A stretch of 64,000 bases of DNA, from the NCBI GenBank assembly GCA_051362555.1, contig CM120647.1:434001-498000 (forward strand), given 5' to 3'. Of this stretch, positions 12,873-23,783 are shown piece after piece. The notes under the pieces are model-generated. The model was not told where the DNA came from and searched no databases. It saw only the letters and a program-made list of their open reading frames with translations. The position numbers and the translations under genes were made by a program. The first letter of the stretch is position 1. Each line of letters starts with the position of its first letter. This DNA comes from Lingula anatina (lineage: Eukaryota > Animalia > Brachiopoda).

Positions 12873-13127
12873 AAGAAAGCCAACAAGAACTTAACGGCGG
12901 TACTAATTCATCCGCTGTCTCATCAATCTTTTGCAATTGTTTTATATTTCTTTTCTACACACATGAAACTCAAAGCTTGCACGTCAATGTGTCACGTGCA
13001 ATTAAATTTTGTTGAGACATATTTCAAGAAAAAGCTCCATTAGAATGCACATCACCACGTTCGCTTCTGCTGATCGAAGTTCAAGGCACTTCTACTTCCC
13101 TGTTGAAGATATTTATTGACATAAGCA

Positions 13128-13582
13128 ATATCTATGATGACAAATATTTCATGATTTTCCTCTGTGTTGTGAACTAAGATATCATTACAGGTAAACTCTC
13201 ACTGTAGTACACTGAAGATTCTCTTAGATATCTATGATGACAAATATTTCATGTTTTTCCTCTGTGTCATGAACTATGATAACACTACAGGTAAACTCTC
13301 ACTGTAGTACCCTGAAGATTCTCTTACACGGTAGATATTTATGATGACAAATATTTCATGTTTTTCCTCTGTGTCATGAACTATAATATCACTACAGGTA
13401 AACTCTCACTGTAGTACCCTGAAGATTCTCTTAGATATCTATGATGACAAATATTTCATGATTTTCCTCTGTGTCGTGAACTAAGATATCACTACAGGTA
13501 AACTCTCACTGTAGTACACTGAAGATTCTCTTAGATATCTATGATGACAAATATTTCATGTTTTTCCTCTGTGTTGTGAACT
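13128..13582. repeat. 100-bp tandem repeat, ~4.5 copies, overlapping the archease stop codon and 3' UTR
   Basis: ATATCTATGATGACAAATATTTCATG recurs at about 13128, 13228, 13335, 13435 and 13535. Confidence 0.95.
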
Positions 13583-15753
13583 TGCATGTTGCTATAGGTG
13601 ATGGCCTTGACCTCTGTCCCCTGGGGATGCTTGTCAAGGTCAAACTCTTCTCCATACCTGACAACAAAGAGCATGAGATACTGGATATGAACATGATAAA
13701 ATTCACCTGTCTTTCTTATTATTTTTTATCCACCTCAGCAGTAAAATAATAAAGATATGAAATCAAGATATTAAAAAAAAACACACAGAGTACAATGTAC
13801 TAGAGAAAGGGACCATTCCCAGACCCTATCGTACTAACTGTGGATCGATCTTTCTCCAATGCAATTCTTGCTAAATTGCAATCAACTTAAGCTGCTTAAA
13901 TGTCTGTGACAGCCATGCCTACTGAAGCTGCTAGGAAGTAATTAATTTTCATTTAACAGCTTCAGTAGGTGTGCTAGCAAGAAACCCCTTGGAGATGGAT
14001 CGATCCTGTTAGATCGGTCTACGTATGGGAACCCAGTCAAAGAAATTATAATTGGGCTGAGCAGACTCTTAATCAGTACATGTCCTAGGGCCAGAGTGGC
14101 CCTGACCAGCCCACTAGACATAACTAATAAAATGTCAGGGAAATGGCCTCCATCACTATGGTATACTTGGCCATACACCATACAATGTTATAACAATCCT
14201 CCCAAAATTAACTGAAAACTGAATGCTTTAAGTACTATCCGGCAGCATACTGTACCTTGTCAAATGACTGCCAATGAAAGCACCTGCTCCAACCAATTTA
14301 TCAAAACAACCAATCAAACTCCATGTTACAAATACACAACTCTTCCTCTCCTCTTACCCGACTGCTTTTATCCTAAAATTTTCTTCGTCAAATTCAGTTA
14401 TTTTTATTTTCTGGAAAGAAGAAATTAAACATTTAGCATGAATAAAGACAATTTGTTTACTAGTACACTGATATTTATTCATAACTTTCAAAATATTTCT
14501 CCAGAGATGACTCGAATATATCATAAAGAACATATTACATATTATATATCATTTTTACCATTTTATACTCTGTTTTATCTTTCTGCATGAAGTAAGAGTT
14601 TTGGAAGATGGGTTTTTGAATGCCTACTTTGGGAAAATATAATGAAATAAGATACATAGTTTTTACTTAATAAACAATAACAAACAATTCAAGACTTGTT
14701 CTGGAATGTCACACCTCAACTCACCCTAGCTATAAAAAATGGCTCTGCAGAGAAGAGAAAGAGCCACTCATCCAAGAAGTGAAACAACAGGCTTTCTATA
14801 TCTTCACCTGAAATATATACCAATATAATAGCATGACAAAAGAAGTGAAACAACAGACTTTCCATATCTTCACTTGAAATATATACCAATGTATAATAAC
14901 ATGACAAAAATAATACACCTTTGATCTTCACTGATCTACAGAATAATTCACATAATCTTAATTAAAAGAATGAAATGGTCTTATTAATGGCCACACACTA
15001 TCCAAAAACTGTTTTTCCATGTTGTCAAGCCAGGTAAGTTGCCCAAAAGATGATAAACTTAATTGAAATAGTGTTTAATATGCATGCTATGCATTATCTT
15101 GAAACTGACCGCAAATTGTGTTTTATGTTATCAAGTCAGGGCATTCAACCAAAAGATGATGAAAAATTAACAACATACAAGAGGGGCTCAGATTTGGTCT
15201 ACACTCACGTCAGAGATCTGGTACTACAGTGTAATTTCTTCAAGTTTTTATTTTTCTGTGTGGTTGTTCCTTACCCTGTGCCTCTATACACTGCATATAC
15301 AGAAAATATACGAGAGTCACAAAACTACCCTACACAGAGATCTGGTTTTTATTTTCTATAGCCATTCCCTACCTTGTGCTTCTATAGATTGCTTGTCTAG
15401 CATTTCAACATATTCTATTTCTGTCATATAACCAAACATCGCCATGGCAACCTGAATTAAAGAATGATTTATATGAGAGGTTCAATTTATCAAAGTCACA
15501 AACGAGCTGTGGATTACACTCAGTCAAATATTTAATTAACAATATCAGCTGGGATCATGTTGGTTGAGGCATCAGCTTGACACGTGAATTATCAAAATGT
15601 GAGAAATCAATAAATACTGAAGCTCTATGAAGTGTTTGGTTTCACCCTCTTCAGCATTCTAACATATGAACTTATTTGGTGGGCAATAAAAACTCCCCAA
15701 CTGCCTCCCTCCCTGGCTCACCCCTCCTCTCACTTTGCTTCCCATCCCCCCCC

Positions 15754-15784
<31 letters not shown>

Positions 15785-16931
15785 ACCTGTAAGACTTTCC
15801 CAAGGAGAGCTATCCAGCCATCATTTGAATGGCTATCTATAGCCTCTAACTATGGCCTATATTCCCAAAGACTGCTGGGCAGCTTACATAATGTTTAGGT
15901 TGGTTGGTTAGGCTTGCTTGGGTTGAACTCCCAGTGAATCAATGAACAGATGATTAATTAACAGATTCACATATTGGATTCACTGTACCCGATCCCCTGG
16001 GGGGGGGGGGGGGGGGGTGGCTGCTCCCCTTAGCAACTGTCCTGTCCATTCTGTAGTACTGCCCTACCTGTTCAAATGCCTCCTTGATGTCATCTCCCCA
16101 GGAGTGAAGCCTAAAATAAACAAAATAAACAACATTAAGGAACATTAACTGTATGTGAAACACTTTTATGTTTTAACATAAAAATGCAACGCTGGCTGGT
16201 CTGCACATATCATAAAATTACAGCACAAATCAAGTTAATAGAGGTGGGTAACTATGAGAACCAGAGCTTCAGATATTATTTCTTCATCCAAATTTAAATC
16301 AACTATTGCTTTTTGAAATATATACCCGATACTGTCTACCAAATATTATTGAGAGACTGTAATATTAAGAAAATGGGGGGAAATGACATATACTTACTGG
16401 ACATCTGCAGTGTGGTCCAAGTCTGAAAAAAATTGGACACAATATAAATCATTACCTCTACTGTTATATAGCGTTAACCTCTATACTTCGTTAGACTCAC
16501 TTTGTTAACTTTCACTCAGTCTATCTAAATATATGGTTATAAATGTTTGCCAACACAGCACATGTTACCATGTACCTAATAATTTACTTGAGTTTTATAA
16601 ATATTTACTACCTAAAATCCTAATGTATATAGAAGAAATATCAGGCATAGTTGCCACATTCTCAAAGCTCACAGTGAACAACTTTTTAAAAGTAACACTC
16701 TCGGCAGAGAGAGGGGGCATTAACTGAACTTGTCGCGATCAAGTGATCGGCCTACTCTACGCTAAACGTGGAGCCGTTAGGCCTAACATTGATCGTTTCT
16801 TGTTCCTTGTGTGGAACTTCTCTGGGTTGTCATTCAAACAACAGTAAGCCAGTTAATAAACTGTACTCACATTCATACTTCACTTCAGCCGGCGGTTTTT
16901 GAAATTCTGGGTCGTCTTGATCCCCCTCCAT
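13531..16931 (-). CDS. ZBTB8OS: Archease (RtcB tRNA-ligase cofactor); complement join(16871..16931,16398..16422,16068..16110,15373..15451,14725..14807,14358..14410,13531..13657), 156 aa
   Basis: Spliced product contains KYEYLDHTADVQLHSWG, EAFEQVAMAMFGYMT, LLFHFLDEWLF, GEEFDLDKHPQGTEVKAITYSNMQ and C-terminal FVIIDI. All phases are consistent. Confidence 0.95.
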
Positions 16932-17005
16932 CTTGGGATTTCCCTTGTATTTGTATCACGTGGTAGGTTGTGTCCAATCACAGGCGAGGGAATTCCCTTG
17001 GTAAA
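16932..17005. promoter_or_regulatory. 74-bp bidirectional promoter/5' UTR region between archease and IQCC
   Basis: GGGATTTCCC at 16935-16944, CACGTG at 16957-16962, CCAAT at 16974-16978 and GGGAATTCCC at 16988-16997. YY1-like AAAATGGCG spans the IQCC ATG. Confidence 0.7.
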
Positions 17006-20000
17006 ATGGCGGTCTCGTTGAGTGAGTCTTTTTCTAGTTACGACGGAGAAGAAGACGCGATTATTCGCATTCAGGTGAGCGAGGATCGACTGTTAAGTGC
17101 AAACTGAATGTTTTATGTCAGTAGCATCTCCACATGGGCATCTGACACTTATGTTTAACCTTGGTTTGGTACCGAAATATATGTGATGAAATTGTAGCCA
17201 GAAGTTTGTTTCACTCGTGTTGTGCAATCACCACCACCATGACAAATATACTTCGTCAGTGCTATGACGTCAAAAGCTGAACAAATAAACACTGATATTT
17301 TCATTGCCTTTATTGTTTGGCAGTGTTATCTGTAAAACATGGCACAAATGACAGTTCAGCTCCAGGGTTTATCCGGTAAATGTTGCATGGTCCATGGATG
17401 CAATTTGCAACCACATTTTTCTCTCAGGCAACCAAATCTTGACCAGCAGTTATCTGACAAAGAAACTGATTCCATCTTGAATATTTTTTCATTTATTGTG
17501 TGTTTTACAGTGTGTTCTATGACAATGACTCCTTTTGGTAAATATGCACAATAGTTGTTTGTGTTGATTATAAGATAGCAGTAAAATATTGATATATATT
17601 ACATTTTCTTTACTACATGTAGTAGTTGGTATTCTTTCTTCTTTAAAAAAAAAAGGCAGTGAAAGTGGCATAATATTTTATCTGGAATTCTTTTTGAATC
17701 TGGAGTATCAGTTACAAAATAATCGTATTTCATTGTATGTACGGGGGCGTCTCGATAGTCCGAAGGTTCATTGGTCCGAAGGTTCATTGGTCCGAAAATT
17801 CGTAAATTTTTCATCAGATTTTCAACAAAAAGGTTCATTGGTCCGAAGGTTCATTAGTCCGAAAATTAAAGGTCCATTGGTCCGAAGGTTCATTAGTCCG
17901 AAGGTTCGATAGTCCGAAGGTTCATTAGTCCGAAGGTTCGATAGTCCGAAACATTTTAAGATGTTCTTCGATTTTAAGGATTATAATTACAAACGGGTGC
18001 GTTCCCAACGAAACTATCATTCTACGTAGATTGATCCAACTCCACCGGGACTCTCACTGTATGCAATCAGATTAGCAATCCTGGAGCTGCTAGGGGGTGA
18101 TTAACTTTCGTGTGAACTCAGCTTCTAGAATCTTTATCATTTCGTTTTGAGTGCGACCAAAACGCACGTGAAAATTATCCATATAGGTCGTATTGTTTCC
18201 GTGACTTCTCTTTACAATGTGGGGAAGTTTGGGGATATGCAATGGCTACCCTTTCCAACTCATGAACACCATACATGTTTCACATGAAATATTGAATAAA
18301 GATTGGAACGCATAAAATGAGAGGACGCCTATAATGACATTTAATCGAATGGCCTGTGCTATTATTTTTTAATTGTATAAGAAACTGATAAAAGTGGTTT
18401 TACGCTCCATCAAGGCTACCTTTAAGCGCACACTGATTATTTTCAAAAGAAAAAAATGGGTGTTTCAATTACGAAATATTTTGGATTGCGGGAGAGTCCC
18501 GTTTTTCTAGAGACCGATTGCAGTTATTAACCGTAACATTATATCATGTTCATTATGCTTTCTCTTAAACTAAAAGCCTCGGGTGCATTTGTCTTCCCAA
18601 TGGCGGATCCTGAACATTTAAAGAGGGAGGGGGTGTCCGCGGATGCAAAGCTGACCCCCCCTACCCCGTTTAAATGGGATTCGACATTTTGGGTATTTAA
18701 GAGAGCAAACGGTGCCATTTGGTACGGTCAAGAGGGACATATCAGTGTGGTTTCTTTTCATAAACCGAAGGGGGCGGAGTCAGAACCCCCTCTAAACCCC
18801 CTTCTCCTTGCGAAGCCTGAACGTGCCCATGTACTGCGCGTATATCCCTTTTTAGGAAAATTCCTTGCAGAGGAAGGCAATGGCTGTGCAATATCATGCA
18901 AAAATGGGAGGATTTACATCCTCTGTATCCTCTATGATTTTGTCTAAGCTTTTGAAAAATATCTAAAATCGTGGGTGTCTAGGCCGTACGTGGCATTTCA
19001 TACTGGCATCTCGTAGATCTCGCAAGTGAGACGTGCGATTTTGGGGTCCGCCATATAGATAAACGTCCTAATAAAATATTCGTCCCGATATACACGTCTC
19101 AATAGATTTACGTCTCGTTAAATTTACGTGCCGATAGATCCATATATCTGACATCGTAATGGGCCTGGCTAAAATGCCGATATCAACTCGAGGTACAGGT
19201 ATGGGGCTTTCGAGTAATAGTCTGACTGCTAGTACTGACCCACTTATTTAATGATTTAATTACAACCTGATATTTATTACCGTATAGGTATGGTAAGCTC
19301 TGAAAAGGCGCAAACTCCCTTAGAAAACAAATTTCACACGGGTAAACGGCATTTTTCCTGGACTGACTTTACCAGTCCATCAATCCAAACTATCCAAGAG
19401 CACTTTTACAATTAGTTTGAGTTTCTTACGATGTCTTAAGATACTATGATTAGAATTCAAATTCTTCTAACCTACACATTACTTAAATTATGTAAAAGTT
19501 ATAGAATAATTGCATTTCCAAACAAACTATGTTGTTGTTCGCACAGCCCACTCCCCTACCCTCCCCCCCCCCCCAAAAAAAAAAAAAAAAAAAAAAACAG
19601 CCGTTCCGCCAGCAGTATTGTATTACTCATAGGGATGAGGATGAATTAACTGGAGTGTAAACTTGGCATATAAACAAAAATTACGAGCATTTACGAAAAC
19701 AAACTTTTCCCTTACTAGGGCTTTAAACATAAAAATTGTATCAGAATACAGTAATATGCTCAAATATCCACAAATAGTAATACATATTTAATTCCACCCC
19801 CTCTTCCCCAGCAATACTGAAGATGCTGAAACGTTTATAATCTGAAATAGAAATGTGGCAACGCCATATCAACCCGGTGGGCCTATTTATTTATTTATTT
19901 ATTTATTAAACGTAAAATACAAGTGAGAAGGCAGTTTGAACATGTTGAAATATTCTAAAACAGTTAAACTTCTAATCTGATGAACAACATCAAAAATGCT

Positions 20001-23000
20001 GTCTTTGTAACAAATTCATTTAAACGAAGAAAAACGTACTATGCAAAAAGTAGATACACTCGTGACTCGTGAGAAAATTTCCATTTGATTTTACAAAATA
20101 AACCTTTGCAGTTATAAATATCGTCAACTTCCAATCCCATGAAAAACATCAAGATCTGTTTTTTTTTTGTTTTTTTTTTTAATGTAATGTAATATGCTAG
20201 TATTGACGTTATTTTTGCCCGTGCAGACCTAACTTTTAAACCCTCTACCAGGGCGACTGATAGATTTTTTACAGATATTCACAGATGTGTCTCTAGATAA
20301 ATAGGTGGTCATTTTGAGACACCAACAATTTTCGGGGCCCTTTAGCGGGCCCCAGATCCTACGCCAAGGGGGGTGGGGGCTTTGCATCCGCGGACCCCCC
20401 TTCAAATAATCTTGGATCCGCCCCTGTACATGTAATTCACTATACACTTATACAGCGGGCCTACATTCGGACTATCGAACCTTTGGACTATCGAACCTTC
20501 GGACTAATGAACCTTCGGACCAATGCACCTTCGGACTATCGAACCTTCGGACCAATGAACCTTCAATGCACATTCGGACCATTGAACCTTCGGACCAATG
20601 AACCTTCGGACTATTGAACCTTCGGACTATCGCTACGGCCCCGTATGTACTACTTGTAAGACTTGAGTCAATTAAAATAGTGCTTAGTTTTTCCATGTTG
20701 AGTGTCGGGGGGGGGGGGGGGGGTTCTTAATTTGTTTTGGGAGTGTTCCTTTCTTTCTGCTAATTATTGCTTTCAAGTATGAATGTGTCCTGTTCTCTTT
20801 CCAGGCCTTCCTCAGGGGAACATTGATCAGGAAATCTCTGCAAGAAATTCAGAAAGAGTATGAGTCCATTGTAACAGAGGTGGAGGATGATGATTACAGA
20901 ACTCACGTAGACTGGAAATGTCATCATCTTTGTCTACCTCTGGTTCACAGAGAGGGAAAGGGGCGATGTGTGAGACCTCCCACGCCGACCAGATTGTCGT
21001 ATGATAATACAAATAATATAGGATCACATTTGCTCGTGAAAACTCCAGAAAAAACTGCTCAAGCAAGATGCTCTCAAGGTCAAAATGTTGACCCTTCTGG
21101 TGGAAGAAATGGCACAGGTGAAACTGAAAACTTCCATGTGAAGAGTGACAAGAAAGATAGGGAATGTTTTAGAGAAGACAATAGGTCGCAATTGTCAAAG
21201 CTTGGAATTCAAGTTGAAAGTGAATCATCTCCCAATACATTGACCTTACATGAAAATTCTGAAGGTAGCTATCACAGTCCAGACGATATACCAGAACACC
21301 CATTTGAAGATGACACTGTCTCTGGAGGTGAAAGTCAAGGGCATCTAGAGCCTCTTGTCTGCGACATACTGGCCTCTCCTTCAGCTGACAGTGAAGACAG
21401 CGACACAGACCCTGCACTGCAGAACAGATCATTACACAGGAGTAATCCAGGTAATCCAGGGAACAATGAGGCATTTCCTCAGGACACAGATATCAGTGTG
21501 ACAGTCCCACCCAACACTGGGCAGGAAGCATACACTACAGGAGAAAATGACATGGACGTGTCAGACGCCGAAAAACATGAAACAGAAAATTGCAGAGAAA
21601 TTGGAGCAAAAGTCTCCAAAGATTTAGGGAATACTTCGAATGGGTCTCCCTTCAAAAAAGATAAAATCCATGCTGCCAAAGGACAAACAAAATTAAAGGA
21701 TCAGGAACTATCAGGAACAAAATTGTCACCAACATTTCAAACAAATGGCGCAGTCATTCCCCCTGCCTCTCCGTTCCCTGTGAGAGAGGAGACAGCTGAC
21801 CAATCAAGACAAGCCTATCAACTGAACAGCCAATCACCTTCTCGTTTACATCCAGGGAGGAGGTCCAAGGGCCCCCATGACAGCAGTGTGGTCAGTGAGA
21901 TGACCTCAGTGTGGGACACTATGCTCTCCATGGAAGGTAAAATAAAACTTCTCTGTTAACTATTTTATTAACACTCCCCCTCCTCCTCCTCCCAACAACA
22001 CTTTCCTACACCCAGACTCTGTGTTTATGACAGTTAAGTTAGTCAGTGCCATTATTGCCTTGATTATTTTCTTAAGAAAATGTAAGTTCATCACTGTTGT
22101 CATGGTAATCAATCAGAGTGGAAGGGTTCTGGTGGGTTTTTTTCCATATTAATTGTAAGACACAAATGTTGAAAACTGGATACATAATTGCCATGGTAAC
22201 TGTTGTTAGTGGTTATGTTTCAGAAGCAGTACAGTTAGTACAGAGTATCCCAGAGATGTAAAGTTACTACAAAAACTGAGGAGTAATATTGCCATGGTAA
22301 CTGTTGTTAATGGTTATGTTTCAGAAGCAGCATTAGTCAGTACAGAGTATCCCAGAGATGTGAAGTCGTTACAAGAACTGAGGAGTAACATCGCCATGGA
22401 ACTGCTGTGGGTGCAGCAGGCAATAGAGAGCAGGAAAAATGTACGTAGAGCTACGTAGCGAGTGTCTTGACTCTGGCTGAGTGAATACTGTAATGTCTCC
22501 ATCTTTTTATTGGGGAAAATTATGAATTTTGCAGATACTATTGAGTCATACTGTTAAGTCATAAATTCTTAGAGTTAGAACATTCATGTTGAGTGGAAGC
22601 AATAAAACTGAAAGACAGGCTACCTTTTAGTTCTATTCTGTAGTTTAAACACTAAAATTCTTTACAGAATATAATTTTTTATGATTTCAAAGTTATGTAT
22701 CTATAATCTGAGCGATTTACAATTTTTCCCGAATTGAAAGATCCAGTCTTAATTGTAGTTAAAACTTTTGTATGCCAAAACTTTGTATGCTGTTTTAAGT
22801 TGTGCTTCTTGCTTCATGGTTTTGTCTCACAGCTTTTCTGTAAATACTTTCGTTAAAGTTTATGATATACACTACTCTGTTTTTTACATCCAAAACATGG
22901 GTGCACAAGTTCTTAAAGCAGAGTTGATGGCAGATATTGCTGCTTTTAACATATTTATGCCTGTAATGTCAGAACTCTAGAATGAAGACTGAAGATATTT

Positions 23001-23076
23001 CTATTTTATATCCTTTTTATGTCTGTAATTTCAGTATCTGAGACTGAAGACAAAGATGCAGGACCAGAGCAGCTGA
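17006..23076 (+). CDS. IQCC: IQ domain-containing protein C-like; join(17006..17074,20805..21936,22325..22440,23035..23076), ~452 aa
   Basis: IQ motif IQ|AFLRGTLIRK is split over intron 1 and followed by EYESIVTEVE. Long disordered middle. C-terminal LRSNIAMELLWVQQAIESRKNYLRLK matches the recalled IQCC C-terminal motif. Confidence 0.85.
17742..20643. mobile_element. 2.9-kb non-autonomous DNA element with inverted subterminal arrays of 17-bp repeats and 6-bp TSD TATGTA
   Basis: CGGGG...CCCCG ends. (GGTCCGAAGGTTCATT / AGTCCGAAGGTTCGAT)n at 17755-17950 with an inverted array at 20466-20631. TATGTA at 17736-17741 and 20644-20649. Confidence 0.85.
22188..22405 (+). repeat. 101-bp tandem duplication spanning the IQCC exon-3 acceptor (upstream pseudo-exon)
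   Basis: TTGCCATGGTAACTGTTGTTA.TGGTTATGTTTCAGAAGCAG...CTGAGGAGTAA occurs twice. The upstream copy is frameshifted. Confidence 0.9.
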
Positions 23077-23783
23077 TGTCAGATGTCGGGGGTCATGTTT
23101 GGAGCTGCAGAGTTGCAGTGTTTCTGTGTTTACAGAAAAAAAAAAAGCATGTCGTGTTCAAAGCAAGCAGTCGGCTTGTTGCTGAATTGTGAATTCAAAG
23201 GTTAAAAACCCAGGACTCTAATTTTCTGCTTTAGACATGTAAATCAAATATTCCAGACCACAAACATCTTTTTTTTTTGTGTGTGCAGAATTACTGTAAG
23301 TATCCAAACTGAAGACAAACTCAGATTATCTCAGATAAATATTCACTGTATATCATTTATTCTAAATATGTACACCATCTGTCTCAACACAGAGCTAGTA
23401 TTTTACACAATAATATACACTTGAGATGTGAAGAAGTCTGAAAAATATATTATTTCTATTGCAAACTTTCATCACAACAACATTAAATGCTGTCAGTGAA
23501 AACTCTTGGACAAGGAAAAAGTCCTGGCTCATGATGCCTTAAGTTTATATGTTTTCAAAAAATAAACTGTAAATTAAGAACCAATTGCTATATTTTTTTG
23601 CAATATCAGTGTTTTATGATTCATTTCAATGATGATACACTGTCTCTTTCTTTAAGTCTCCTCCATGAACAATACTACACAATCTTCAACCCATTAAGAA
23701 CAATCTCCGCAGCATGTCAATAGTATTTTCCACATTTTTCTTGTTAAAAAGTTTTTAGCCTAGTAGAGTTGTTGAGGTCCTAT

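Noticed and set aside
17755-17950. Short regularly repeated motif resembling a CRISPR array
   Set aside because: No unique spacers of constant length and no cas genes. The context is eukaryotic, and the array is mirrored at 20466-20631 as transposon ends.
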